Source of the DNA: Octopus vulgaris
Lineage: Eukaryota
Assembly: GCA_951406725.2 (NCBI GenBank)
Contig: OX597819.1
Span: 94,302,001-94,366,000, forward strand
DNA: 64,000 nt
Direction of reading: 5' to 3'
Shown here one piece after another: positions 1 to 14,883 of this stretch. The position numbers and the translations under genes are program-made. Position 1 is the stretch's first letter. The number at the start of each line of letters is the position of its first letter. The notes beneath the pieces were generated by a model. The model was not told the DNA's origin. It did no database searches and worked only from the letters and a program-made list of their open reading frames with translations.

Positions 1-2537
1 ATTCTCAATAGCTATCTCTTCAGTTCACTTCTTGAATCTTTTCAAATACTTTCTATTCAGGTATTGAGCTTTGATAAAAGACTGACATTATAAACAGAAT
101 CTTTGAGAATTTAATCAGACATTTATTGAGTTGAGTAGCCTTATATCATAGAAATTATAATCAACTGTCTTAATGAGAATAATTTCTTGCTATACATATA
201 GCAAAATTCTTCAAGGTTTAAATTCCTTATGAGAAGTTGCAGTAATTGAGACTCAATACTGCTGATAGAATCTTTCAAAATTAACAATAGCAAACCAAAC
301 TTCATACCATAATAGAGAAATATATTTTCAATTAAATGTCTGTTCAACTGAATTGATGGTATTCTCAAATTTCTCACTTTCCATGTAATTTTCCTACTAA
401 TGAGTTGTTTACTTGAATATTTTCCCCTAATACCAAATGAATTCTTTGCTTATTTATATAACCACAAAGTTTTTATTTTAAATTTAAATGTTCTTTCCTT
501 AAATAATGTCTGGCATTTTTAGTTTCATCTTTTATCTTTTACTTGTTTCAGTCATTAGACTGTGGCCAGCGATGAATTTTCAGCCAAATTAATTAACCCC
601 AATACTCTTTTTCCCCTCTAAACCAAGTGCTTTTACTGAACCACTTTGTTACAAGGGACATAAACATACCAACACTAGCTGTCAAGCAATGATGGGGGAC
701 AAACATAGACACATACACATACATAGATATGTAAATACATATATATATATATACGCACACACACACACACACACATACAAGTAAGTGGACAAAGGGCACT
801 CAACACATCTTTGGCATTCCAGAAGCCTGATATCAGCTTCAATTAGCTGTGTCTGATGATTGTGCTAGGACACCAGACATGTTAAAAGATACTGTCTGGC
901 ATGCTCTCAGCACATGAAACTAATAGTAGCACATGAAACATATATTGTGTTTATTAAATAATATTTATCTCTCACCAGATGGAGTATATTTTTATGGATC
1001 TTACCATCATGGAACAGTACACTATATATATATGGGTGTGTGTGTGTATATATATGTGTGTGTGTGTGTATATATGCATGTGCTTATGTGAGTTGTTGTC
1101 ATCTTGACTGTATGGTAGCTATAAATGAATGTTCACTGTCGTACAGTGATGTTTTTCATTTCCAATATTCCATGAAGGCACATCTGGCTAGGGTAAAATA
1201 TTATCTTATTTGGAAACAGATGATGGTGGGTAACAGAGAGGTCATCTGGCAAAAGAAAATCTGCCTCAACAAATTCCCTCCATCCCATGCAATCATAAAA
1301 AATTGACATTAAAACAATGATGATGATATTTCAAAGGTTCTACTGGAAGCTGCTGTCATTGTTTAAACCCAAATGAACCATGATTGAATAGACTTATGAT
1401 TAAAAGTTTACCAGTAATGACTTTATCATCATTTTAGAGATGTGTGGCACTGTATTATTTAATGTGTTTTTTTCTCTTCCTCAAGATGATAGAGTTTAAT
1501 TTGTGGGGTGTTTTGGCTACTTTTTCTAGCATGCCTAGTGGCTATAAAGCAGCTTCCTCAGTAGTCCAAGTTTCATTGGTTATTATTGCTTAACTCCAAG
1601 TTAGCTCTGATTAAGCACAGATGTGAAAGATCTATTTATTATTTTTAACAGATCAAATAACCATGTAGATGCTCCCTCGTTTGCTAGTGTATTTCACCAA
1701 GAATGATGCATTAACAGAATCAGTAGGATGGTTGGCAAAACGCCTTGCAGTTTTTAGTTTTTTTAATTCTATGTTCTGTGTTCAAATCTTGCTAAAGTCG
1801 ACTTTGCCTTTCATCTTTCTGTGAAGGCTCAATAAAATAAAATACTTGACAACTGCTAGGTTTAATCAAATCAACTGCTATCATCTTCCATGTCTGAGGC
1901 AACCATGTGTTTCTGTCAAAAATCAAATTATAGGGACCGGTGAGGTGGAATAAAATAAATAGAAATTGTTCAGTCACTTACACCAGGTGACTATCAAACC
2001 TTATTAGAACATCATTCTGAGTTCATGACTCTAGTTTCCTACCTCTAACTCTTGAAATACTCCAAGGTCACCACTTCTCAAGAATTTAGTTTACAGAAAC
2101 CAAATATTTTACCACTAATAATATTAACTTTGTTTTGATCCTATCTTTATTTTCTGACTGATGTCTTTAAGACATTCTTACATATCTTTTTGTTTTGTTT
2201 TGCTTTTTGTTGTTGTCTTTTGTTCATGTTTTCTTTTACTGGCCTTTTCTTCATACCATCATGTTTGTTTGGGGAAAGACTGGGCATAATTTTGCTGGTA
2301 TTTCTAAAAGATATTTTATTTGGTATGTTTGTAGTTGTCTTTTTTTTTTTTTGAGCATTTTGATCATTTTTAGTCGTTTGTATATTTTTATTTGGTGCTT
2401 TCTTATTTATTTTCTTTGTTTTTCTTTTCCTACTCCTTGTTTCCTGTTGTCAGTGATCAGAGACGGCTTATAACTATACATACATATGTATCTATATACA
2501 CACACATACACATGCACACGCACGCACGCACGCATGC

Positions 2538-2580
<43 letters not shown>

Positions 2581-4694
2581 TAACATTACAGATGTGGCTT
2601 AGACCAGTCAACCAAACTTTACATTCATATAAATAAATACTTAAATAGATAAATAAGGATCTCTCCCCATCCACATTTCTTTCTTTCTTCTATTCTCTCT
2701 CTTTACTCTCTCTCTCTCTCCCTCTGTCTCCCTTTCTCACTATTTTTTTCTCAACCACACAGCACACACACTTACTACCCAGCTAGCTAACTAGCTATCT
2801 AAATATCTATCTATCTATCTGTCTGTCTGTCGTCTATCTACATATCTATCTACCTATCACTCTATTTATATCCATCAATCTATCTGTCTATCTATTCGTC
2901 TGTTTATCTATCTAGCTATCTACCAATCTATATTTCACATAAAAGATTATAGTTTCTTACCAACCATGAAGATGGCAGCTACGAAGATCAAAAATAATCC
3001 TGCTTACAGCCACAAACATAGTTGATATTATAACTGATATAGATGTATGATGAGAATAACTGGAGGAGCTCTCTCTCCCTCTCTCTCTCTATGTGTGTGT
3101 GTATGTATATCTTTTCACCATATATATCATTGTAGTGATAATGTCAGAGCAATATCAGAAGCCAGTACACTTGCATGTTTCATCAGTACACTTGCATGCT
3201 GTAACCAATACACTGCATGACCATACATTTGAGTGACACATTCAGCAATACATGTATTTTCAATGATGAATCCCTACATGGTTGCTCAGTTACTAGAAGT
3301 AGAAGTTGAACTTCACTCAAATATCAATCCACTATCATAGGCGCAGTCATGACAGTGTGGTTAAGAAACTTGCTTTACAACCATGTGGTTTTCAGTTCAG
3401 TGCTCAGTTTGGGTGAGTTTTTTTCTGCTATAGCCCTGGGCTGACCAAATCCTTGTGAGTGAATTTGGTAGATGGAAATTGCATGGAAGACCATTGTGCA
3501 TAAATGTGTATATGTGTGTGTGTCTTTGCATTTGAACACACAAACACTGCTTGACACTGGTGTTAGTTTGTTTACATCCCTGTAACTTAGCAGTTTGGCA
3601 AAAATAACTACTTGAATAAATACCATCATCATCATCATCATTGTTTAACATCTGCCGTCCATGCCGGCATGGGTTGAACGGTTTGACAAGAGCTGGCCAG
3701 GCAGGAGCCTGCACCAGACTTCTGTGTCTGTTTTGGCACAGTTTTTATAGCTGGATGCCCTTCCTAACACCAACCAGCCAGCAGAGTGGACATGAAAAAT
3801 AAGTACTAGGGGTTGCTTTGATCAACTAAAAAAGAAATTCTTCAAGGCAGAGTGTCTACAGAGCTGCAGTCCAATGACTTAAACAAAAGATGAAAAGGAA
3901 AATAAAGGCACACATTAGACAATGCATTCTTAGATGCCCAATACCTGAAAAAGAAAAAAAAGATGGATCTGCCATCACTGGATATCTTTGATCAGGGGCT
4001 TACAGGATCAGGCCTATGAAACAACAGTCTAATGAACTTCCATTTATGTGGTTAGAACTTCTCTATGTAAATTTGTGACTGGAAGTATTGAGGAATTGGT
4101 GGTGGTTAAACAGAGAGCCAAGGAACAAATTTCTGAAGCATTTTAATGTACTTTTGTAAAACAGCTAGATTTTTTTCTACTGTCCAGGGGGAGAATATAT
4201 ATGCCATGGAAACTGGGAAACCAGCCCTTGTAAGTCAGTATGACTCAAGAAGGTAAGAACTTCTCAGTGAAAACCTCGATAAAATGTAAACATAGTGATT
4301 TGGGACAGAGAAGAGAAATTATGTACAGTAGTGGAAATCAGTTGCCCAGCAGATGTCAACAGAAAGCTAAAGATCAGTGAAAAAGAAAACACTTATACAG
4401 AACTATAAAAAAAACTCTGCAAAGTTAAAGCATTAGTGTAACCATTATGTTCTGGTGATCTGAAGAGCTAGCCTTCTATATCTGCATTGATTTGTAAATA
4501 TGCAACTGTACAGTGCAATGTGTAGCATGCATATTGGTACAGGCACGAAAAATAATTTGTTATACACTGAAATTATTATTACATGATGACAGTTGTGAAA
4601 CAGCTGTAATCCTACAGATATCAAATGGTTAAATAAATATATTTGCCGCTCATGCCACATAATTTTATATGGTCTGTATATATACATTGATTAA

Positions 4695-5230
<536 letters not shown>

Positions 5231-7113
5231 TCTCATGAAAGGTCAGATTACAATTTCATTTCATACTTTAATATTTATAATTGCATTTTTATAATAAATG
5301 TAATTATATTTTTTTTATATACTTAATAAAATATTCTTTATTTACTCAGGTGATTATAGCTAATTCAATGTAACTTTCAGATATAAAAACAGGTAGAGAA
5401 TTGATATTTTTGAAAAATTTCACCACCATTTTTTAGGTATTATATGCTCTTTCATTGGTTACCAGTGTAGGCTGACCAATGCAGAGGATGTATTTTTCAT
5501 TGTGGGTATAGAGGCCCTTAGTAGAATGATTCTCTGATTACCTACCTTTCTCACTACTGTAGATATACTTAAGGAAAAGTGACAGGGTGACCATAGGCTA
5601 TTCTACAATAACAGTAACAACAACATATCAATGAATCAATGAGAGAACCTAAAAGAATTGTCAGCCACGTCTTCTTTTAAAATGATATGGATTTTCAAAA
5701 AGGGAAGTACATCATCATTATCATTTAACATCCACTTTTCTATGCTTGCATGGGTCAAATGGAATTTTTATGGCAAATTTTCTACAGCTGAACACCCTTC
5801 CTGTTGCCAACCCTCACCTGATTCTGTTATATCACACATTCTGATGACCTCTACTAAACTCCCGACGTCTAGACTTCTCCCTCTATATCTACGTATTGGG
5901 CTAGCCTACTTCATCGTCTGGGGGCGTCCACACAACAGATTCCAAGCATGGTAATATTTCCCCATGGCCAGGTATGTTATTCATGAAGGACTGGAAATGA
6001 AACCCAAGCCCATTTGATTAGGATGCAAGCTTCTTGACCACACAGCCCCATCTGCAACTACCAACTAACTGGCACTCAGTCAGTTATGACGATGAGGGTT
6101 CCAGTAGACCCAATCAACAGAACAGCTTCCTTGTGAAATTAATGTATATGTAGCTGAGCTCTCCACCAACATATGTACCCTTAACATAGTTCTCAGAGAG
6201 ATTCAGTGTGACAGAAAGTGACAAGGCTGGCCCTTTGAAATACAAATACTATTCATTTTTGCCAGCTGAGTGGACTGGAGCAACATGAAATAAAGTGACT
6301 TGCTCAAGGATGCAACGCATCACCAGGAATTGAACTCATGACCTTGCAACCATTAGCCATACACCCTAACCACTAAGCCACACACCTTCACTACAACAAC
6401 TACACAATGGATAATGTAGCCACAGGTACTCTATGTCTGAAAAACAGAAAGAGGCAGAATGGCAATAACTGAAACAACTTTGATTATGGGTATACTATGG
6501 ATGCTTTGTTGTTCTCAGGCAACCTTGACTGTAGATTTGTGATCAAAAATATTCCAGTCATGACCATCTTGTCTTTCTCTCTGACAATGTACATCTAGGG
6601 CTACACTAATCAATGTGTTCCTCTCTTTTCCCAACGGTAGGGTTTAATTTGAGGAAAGGTTTTGCTACTATTTTTAGCAGCTGGAGCAACAACACAGTAG
6701 CTCCTTCAGTGACTTGATATTAAGAAGTGAAACGGTTAATAGGATAAAGTTTTGAACTACTGACTTACAGGTTTTAAGTTCAAATCCACCGTAGACATTT
6801 TATTGTGTATTTTCCTGCATGCGGTTGTGTTAAGAAGTTTGTTGTGCAATTAAATGGTTCCTGATTATGTTCCACTGGTGAAACCTTGAGCCATTGTCTT
6901 CTACAATAGCCTTGAGTTCATAGAATAAAGTACCAGTCAAGTACTAGAGTCAATTTAATCAACTTAAACCTCTGGCCTTGTGCACGTATTAGAAATAATT
7001 AGTAATAGTAGTGGTGCCGGTCAAGTCATTGACTAACACCTCCTCGAAATTGATGGCTTTTATTATTATCGCCATCATTATTATTTGCAACGACAGTGGC
7101 GGTGGTGGCAGTT

Positions 7114-7149
<36 letters not shown>

Positions 7150-7179
7150 ACAGTTTCAGCAGCAGCAGTAGTTGTGGTG

Positions 7180-7211
<32 letters not shown>

Positions 7212-7716
7212 CCATTGATTTGCCACATGGATTTATCGGAATATGGATTTTCAAACTGTAACCGTGTGAAACAAAAGAGGTGTAACAGTGTAAGAGTGGA
7301 ATTGTCTTTGTATTTGTTGTTGTTGTCGTTGTTGTTTTTGTTGCTGTTCTTGTTCTTGTTGTTGATATTAAAGCAGCATAACACCTTAAAACACTCGAAT
7401 GGGTGACAGTTTAATGTGAAACACTCAGCTTCATTTTAGTGTTCGTTGTCATTTCAACTTTGTTTTCCATCATCTTTCTTTAGTGTAGCAAGACTACCTA
7501 TTTCCAGGTGTCATAGCTGAAGAAAGAAAGAGAGAAAGAGAGAGAGAGGAGAAAGAGAGAGAGTGATAGAAATATGACAAAAGTCCATGTATATGATGCA
7601 AATTGATTTGGGGACCTAAATTGTCTTAAAATACTTGGAATACCATGTATAACAACATGTAGTGTTGCACATCTTCTAAGTGTGCAGATAACCTACTATA
7701 ATCTAATTATTATATA

Positions 7717-7948
7717 TATTTCTTTACTACTCACAAGGGGCTAAACATAGAGGGGACAAACAAGGACAGACAAAGGGATTAAGTCGATTACATCGACCCA
7801 GTGCGAAACTGGTACTTCATTTATTGTCTCCGAGAGGATGAAAGGCAAAGTCGACCTCGGCGGAATTTGAACTCAGAACGTAACAGCAGATGAAATACAG
7901 CTAAGCATTTCGCCCGGCATGCTAACAATTCTGCCAGTTCGCTGCCCT
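7717..7948 (-). mobile_element. SINE with Nin/Deu-like core (representative of many copies in the window)
   Basis: Reverse complement reads ...ctggcagaattgttagcatgccgggcgaaatgc...gagttcaaattccgccgaggtcgactttgcctttcatcctctcgg...aagtaccag. Near-identical copies at about 8757-8992 (+), 30160-30392 (-) and many partials. Domain name is from recollection of Deu/Nin SINE cores. Confidence 0.75.
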
Positions 7949-8226
7949 TCTAATTATTATATAATCGTTAGCACACCAGGTAACAGGCATTTTGTCTGCC
8001 TTTATGTTCTGTATTCAAATTCTACCAATGTTGTCTTTATCTTTCATCCTTACAGGGTCAATAAGATAAGTACCAGTTATGCAACAGGGTCAGTGTAATT
8101 GACTTTCCCACTCTCAAAATTGCTGACCTTGGGTCAAAGAAAAGAAAGTTTCCTTGGCTATAAGGCAATGAGCTGGCAGAATCATTAGCATGCCAAGCAA
8201 AATGCTTAATGGTATTTTGTCCATCT

Positions 8227-8586
8227 TTACCTCCGCCTTCACTAAGGCAGAGGTATTATTTTCAATCGTGTTCATTTGTTTGTTTGTTTGTCCATGGACA
8301 AGATATCTCAAGAACCACTGGATGGATTCAGATGAAACTTTCAGGAATGCTTGGCCCCATGACTGGCAGGAACTGATTAGATTTTGCGATCGATCTGGTA
8401 CCAGACAAGGATTCTGGGTTATTTTTCCTGTTTTTTTTTAACTTAATTTTTGAGAGCAGTCAGGTTCATTTTTAGTATTCTTGTTTGTGAGAGCAGTCGA
8501 GTTCATTTCAGATATTCTCATTTTAAAAATCATCTCTGGCTAATCGTTGCCTTGGTGAAGGTTTGCACTCTATGAATGTTCTTGTT
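8227..8586 (+). mobile_element. Helentron/DINE-1-like (HINE) non-autonomous element nested in a SINE
   Basis: 5' ttacctccgcc..aaggcagaggt hairpin, internal (tttg)n, 3' subterminal inverted copy ggtgaaggt followed by a gcactc..gaatgt stem-loop. It splits a SINE that resumes at about 8587. Confidence 0.5.
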
Positions 8587-8756
8587 ACATTTTGAGTTAA
8601 AATTCTAACGAAGCTGACTTTGCATTTCATCTTTTCAAGGTCAACAAAATAAGTACCAGTTGAGCACTGGGGTCGATGTAATCGACTTACCCCATCCACA
8701 GAAATTGCTGACCTTATGCCCAAATTTGAAATCAATATTTCATTGGCTGTGTAAGT

Positions 8757-8992
8757 AAGGCAGCGAGCTGGCAGAAACGTTAGCACGCCAGGTGAAATGC
8801 TCAGCAGTATTTCATCTGTCTTTACATTGAGTTCAAATTCTGTCAAGGTCGACTTTGCCTGTCATCCATTCAGGGTCAATTAAATAAGTACCAGTTACGC
8901 ACTGGGGTCGATTTAATCGACTTAATCCGTTTGTCAGTCCTTATTTGTCCTCTCTGTGTTTAGCCCCTTGTGGGTAGTAAAGAAACAGGTAT
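8757..8992 (+). mobile_element. Near full-length Nin/Deu-like SINE
   Basis: aaggcagcgagctggcagaaacgttagcacg...gagttcaaattc...aagtaccagttacgcactggggtcga...gggtagtaaagaaa; inverted relative to 7717-7948. Confidence 0.75.
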
Positions 8993-9569
8993 TTCATCTG
9001 TCTTTACATTCTGAGTTCAAATTCTGCTGAGGTCAACTTTGCCTTTCATCCTTCCAGAGTCGATAAATTAAGTACCAGTTTCGCACTGGGATCGATGTAA
9101 TCGACTTACCCTCCTCTCCAAAAATTTCAGATCTTGTGCCTAGAGTAGAAAAGAATATTTCATTGTCGGCTTTAAGTGAAATTTGGGAGATAGTAACTGT
9201 GTGGACACCCTTCTTATATGTGTACGTGTGTGTGTACATACATGTATGTGTGTGTGTATGTGAGTTGATTTGCAAATTATTTGGTGGCCTCACAAATGCT
9301 GGTGCCACATAAAAGACATCTAGTACACTCTGTAAAGTGGTTGGAATTAGGAAGAGCATCCAATCATAGAAACCATGCCAAAGAAGAAGACAATGGAGCT
9401 TGGTGCAGTCTTCTAGCTTCCCAGCTCCTGGTGAACTATTCCAACCCATACCATCAAGGAAAAAAGGCATTAAATGACAATGATGATGATGATGATGATA
9501 TATGCATACATACATATATATATGTACATACATACATACAAATAGAGAGAGATTCATATACACACATAA

Positions 9570-9624
<55 letters not shown>

Positions 9625-11238
9625 CGTGCGTTTGTCTATTGCCACTGCTTGGGGAATGGTAAGTTTGTTTATGTCCCACATAAAGAAAATGTCACACAGC
9701 TCACTACAGTTTGATGTGTGAAAGATCACTACAATAAAGTAACTAACTTGAAAAACATGCACGGGTTGGCATCTAATAAGTCAAGCACTTTTAAAATCCT
9801 GCATGTAAATCTTGGTGAAAGTTCAAAAATAAAAAAAGACAAACATGTAGAGAGAAAGGGAGGTGAATAAATAGTGTATATATATATAGTTAGAATTATA
9901 AACATAGTAAGATCAGGAAGTAGGAAAGACACAATGATTTAGATATATTAGTTTCAAATTTTGGTACAAGGCCAGCAATTTTGGGGGAGGAGCAAAATCA
10001 GTAATCTACTAGTACTTATTTTATCGACCACCAAAAGGATGAAAGATAACGTCAACCCTGGCAGCATTTGAACCCAGAACATAAAGATGGACGAAATACT
10101 GGGAAGCATTTTGCCTGGTGTGCTAACAATTCTGCCAGCTCGCCACCTTTACTATTTTATATATATTCTTTTCTAATCTAAGCTCGAAATTCTTGGGGAG
10201 GAGGGCCAGTTGATTAGATCGACTCCAGTATACACCTGGTAGTTAATCTATTGACTCTGAAAGGATGAAAGGCAAAGTCAACCTCGGTGGAATTTGAACT
10301 CAGAACATAAAGACAGACGAAATACCACTAGACATTTCACCTAGCATGCTAACATTTCTGCCAGCTTGCCACCTTACTATTTTACACATATTAAAAGAAA
10401 TACGGTGAAGTTACATCAGTCTTCTAAAGGAAAGACCTAAAGTTCATTTGTGTGGTGGGGAATCCCCAAAGTATATATGCACATACACATACATGCACAG
10501 AAATTTTCCTTTGAGTAATTCTTAAGAGTAAACTTGATTTTTCTGATTCGAAGGAGCAAGCATATCATTAGTACTAGAGTGTATGCCTGGTTAATTAAAT
10601 GAAAGCTGCAAGTGTTGTCTGCTTCATTGAAAACCTCAATGGATTCTAATCTTTCTTTTGCATCTAATAATGATTTGGAATGTTCTATTATCAGAGTAAG
10701 ACCAAATTCATAGAATTTTGTTTGATTTCAGTCTGATTCTTTTATATCATCTTTTGGTGATACAACCAAAATCATATACAGTTGGGCTTAACCAATAGTT
10801 TTGAAATCAAGAAAAAAATAAACAACCATACTTGTTACTTTTTAGAAAATGTCTTTGAGCTCTCAGTTTTTAAGTAAAATTTTATCATCTTCCTATCACC
10901 CACATGGGATATGGAATTATCATCATTGCTTTAGCTTCCACTTTTCCATTCTTGCATGGGTCAGATGGAATTTGTTGAGGCAGATTTTTTCTATGGCTAG
11001 ATGCCATTCCAATCACCAACTGCAACCTAATAATCACTGAAACAATAAACAGCCTTTTTCTATTGTTTACAAAGATCACATTACATGTCAAGACATGTCA
11101 AAGAGCCTGGACATGCTTTGGCAGTTGACTGCATGCAAACAATACATAAAAACAAGGAGGAGCACAAACTCACTTTCTCAAAAACAGATACACAGGCATA
11201 TATATTTACTTGCATATCCACACATTTATATATATATA

Positions 11239-11745
11239 CTAGCAGTATCGCCCGGCGTTGCTCAGGTTTGTAAGGGAAATAACTATATAAGCATTTTTAG
11301 AGAGTTACTTCCCTTATAAATTCGGGCTTTCTTAGCCATTTTTGTTTTGGTGTCTTCAAGCCATGAAGTCGTTGTTCTAAAAGAACGCTGGTTTCCTTCA
11401 CAACGCATTACGACGTTGATTTCTTTACACTCCCTTCCCCACAGCTTCACGAGGGAGGGAAGGGGAGAAGCAAACAGGTGCAGCTGTGAGCGTGGACGCC
11501 AACTCCGCCGCCATCGACACACGATGCATTTTATGCATTAAAATGGAATAAAAAATGATGTTAAATTATTTTTAAAATCGTAGACTCATCGTTGACGCGC
11601 GCTAATAGTCAGACGGGCTCGATATGAATCACGACTATAAGATACCCGAATTTGGTTAAACTGCACCGCAAAATGTGGGAGGAGTTAGGAATCTAAATCG
11701 AAGGGGACAGACTCTCACACAACTAGAGTTTTATATATATATATA
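11239..11745 (-). mobile_element. Non-autonomous Helitron-like element
   Basis: Minus-strand 3' end reads cctgagcaacgccggg (hairpin)-cgatactg-CTAG|T. The 5' end merges into a (TA)n tract; no TSD. This is the usual Helitron terminal signature. Confidence 0.65.
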
Positions 11746-13049
11746 TATATATATATCATCATCATCATCATCATCATCATCGTTTAAACGTCTGCTTTCC
11801 ATGCTAGCATGGGTTGGACGATTTTGACTGAGGACTGGCAAACTAGATGGCAGCACCAGGCTCCAGTCTTGATCTGGCAGAGTTTCTACAGCTGGATGCC
11901 CTTCCTAATGCCAACCACACTGAGGGTGTAGTGGGTGCTTTTTACATGCCACCGGCACGGGGTCGAGTCAGGCGGTACTGGTAATGACCTCACTCGATCT
12001 TTACACATGCCACCAGCATAGGTGCCAGTAAGGTGACATTGGTAACGATCATACTCGAATCGTGCCCTTTTACGTGCCACTGGCACGGAAGCCAGTTGGC
12101 TGCTCTGGCAACGATCACACTCGGATAGTGCTCTTGGCACCCTACTAGCATGGGCTCACATACACACACAACACATACATAAGTAGATGTGTGTGTGTCT
12201 GTTTATATATATATATAAAAGACAGGCCTCTTCAGTTTCTGTTTACCAGTTTCATTCACAAAGTACTGGTTAATCCTTGGCTATAGTTTAGAATGACAGC
12301 TGACAACACACATAATGTAGTGGAATTGAACCCTTAACCACATGATTCTGAAGCGAACTTCTTAACCACACAGCTATGTCTATATCTATTTATCCTTTTG
12401 AAGAAATACTGCTGCGTCAAATAAGATATAATAATGACAAAAATATATAATGAGTTTGGTTTTAACTTGTGGGTTTGCCTAAATGATATCAGCTTTTTGA
12501 TTTGTTCTATTGACAAAGATTTATTATTTACCTAATAATGTGAAAAATCTTCTATAATCACAATAAAATTGGTTTCCACTTTGCTTCATAGAAAGCAATT
12601 ACTTCATGAAAGAATCACTTTATCTGTTTAAGAACATACAAAAACTATTACATTTGTTATCATTTATTTCTTGATAGTACTGTCTGCTGTGAAATGCCAA
12701 AAAGTTTTGTCACATTTGTGTGACCTGATCATTGATAGAATTCCACTGCATTACATTTTAAGATGTCCATTCATCCATCCATCTTCTTTACTCAATGTTA
12801 GTTTCAAATTTTGGCACAAGGCCAGCAATTTGTGGGAAGTAAGTAAGTCAATTACATCAACCCCAGTGCTCAACTGGTACTAATTTTATCGACCCAGAAA
12901 GAATGAGAGGCAAAGTCAACCTGAGGCAGAAAGTCGTCCTCTGGTGGAAAGTCAACCTCAGGGGGAAAGTCAACCTCTGGCAGAAATCTCAGCCTATTAT
13001 TGCTGAGAGTGTCAGAGAGTACTAGAGTCTTCCATAGGATCCTCTCAGA

Positions 13050-13420
13050 AATAATGTCATTAGATTTTCCAGCTGGATCCCAAGCATATCCAACTCATTC
13101 ATGGTCATTGTTGCTGGTCACATCAGCTCAAAGAATCCATCTTGTGATTCTTTACTGCAACATTCTAATCACATGTCCCTAATGCCAGAGCTGTAATTTC
13201 TCAGTACAAAGAAATAGTGTATTGACCTGGAGAGATTTTCCTGGTCTCTAAGATATGTACCCTGTCAAGTAATGCTATTCTCAAGATCTTTCAATGGAAC
13301 CCCATTTTCACTGCTTGTATTTGTAATCTTACTTTTTTGTCTCATTCCCCAACATTCATGACCATAGGTGAGAATTGGCATGAAGACTGGACTGAAAACA
13401 GCAAGTCTGGCTTTTAAGAC
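13050..13420 (-). mobile_element. Degenerate RTE-clade LINE ORF2 3' fragment
   Basis: Minus translation KARLAVFSPVFMPILTYGHECW resembles the RTE P.L.YG.E.W motif; frameshifted downstream. Confidence 0.6.
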
Positions 13421-14317
13421 ATCATGGTATATAACACTAATAAGAAGTTCAAAAATAAATGAAAATCAATTTAACAATTTTTGTGTATTCTTAAATGGCT
13501 AAAATGGCTCTTCCATGATGCAATTGTTTCTATTTTATCATATAATCTCGGAGCAAGTCATTTACCAAATATGAACAAATCTGAAATTCAACAGAAACCC
13601 CACGCACACACACACAACTGTTCTATAATACCAAATGATTCAGCTTCACTTCAATAATTCTTTAAAAAAAAAATCAAAAGAAATCAATATTATTCTCAAG
13701 GGCATCAAAAAGCTAACAAATCCTTACACATAGAAATGTCATCTTGACAAATTCTTCCAAACAATTCCAGATAAACTGTATACTCCTTTAGATTTTCCTC
13801 TCACAACAATAACTCATTAACTATAAATGGAAACCAACAGCACATATACCATTTATATTTATTTGTTGCCCTTCGATACTGACAAATTGGTGGTGAGCAA
13901 GAGATTGTTTTCTTTTTTTGATTTTTTTTTTTTTGTTTTTTTTATTTATCCATTTCTGATAGAGAGAGTAGATTTGTGGGCAAAGAAAATTGCAAAGATA
14001 TTTCCATGCTGATTGGTTCATTTTGATTGAGTTATGTTAGCGAGAAAAAAAGAAAAAGAACAAAGATCATAAAACTGTGCTTTGCAGTGAACCAGAATAC
14101 ATGGTTACTGTTGGGTTAGGGGAAGAATTTTTGCTAAGCCTGAAATGAAATCATATTTTGTCTTTCTATTGGTCTCATCAAAATAATACAACCACTTGAT
14201 ACCCAGTGGCATTATCAATTGTTAAGTTAGTTTTAACATTTAAAGGTAGTGAGCATAATCTATAGAGTTAGAAATATTTATGTGATATGGAATAGACAAC
14301 ATTAGTTTGATATTATA

Positions 14318-14883
14318 TTGGGTTGTCTGGAAAGTTTGTGCCGATTTTTAAAGGAAAGAAAATGGTCAATAAATATTTGCCATTACATTTTTAATCAACA
14401 AAATATGAGCCATTTTGTTGCACAATGCATCTCCATCTTTTCTTTAACTTGAAAATACCCTTTTCCCAGAATTGAGGTGGTTTCATGGCAAAGAATTCAT
14501 CAAGGTATCTTTTTACCTCATCCAAGGAATTGAAATTTTTACCATTAAGACTATTCTGCAGAGACCTGAACAAGTGGAAATCCGAAGGAACAATATTTGG
14601 TGAATATGGAGGGTGGGGTAACACATCCCAGCCAAGCTGCAGCAGTTTTTGTCTGGTTCCCAAAGCATCAAGTGCCGAAAATGAACTTTCTTATCTTCCA
14701 TTTTAAAGGGTTGCAGAATTAACACAGGTTACAGGAACATAAACTTGCTTCCACGAAAAGATAGCTTAAACTGTGCTCTAAATGGAGGTGTAGTAAAATC
14801 CTATTTTATGAACTCAACCATGTTCTAAAATAAGTCGAAAGGTAAGCTACTATAAATCGGCACAAACTTTCCAGACAACTCAA
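14318..14883 (-). mobile_element. Internally deleted mariner (about 570 bp), copy 1
   Basis: 30-bp TIRs ttgggttgtctggaaagtttgtgccgattt (1 mismatch), TA on both sides. N-terminus MEDKKVHFRHLMLWE is joined directly to C-terminal LGWDVLPHPPYSPNIVPSDFHLFRSLQN...RW..IVQQNGSY. Confidence 0.93.

Noticed and set aside
5838-5870. CTGATGA hammerhead box
   Set aside because: No stem II or GAAA box follows.
6989-7406. 131-aa ORFs on both strands
   Set aside because: They are produced by (AGT)n/(GGT)n/(TTG)n triplet repeats.
7484-7507. 24-nt candidate micro-exon (tttAG...cag|GTgtca) in the III-IV linker intron
   Set aside because: The donor is weak, and in the required phase 1 the first full codon is TAG. 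No support without RNA data.
7717-8992. Inverted SINE pair as a special regulatory structure
   Set aside because: Expected by chance at this SINE density, and far from any identified exon.
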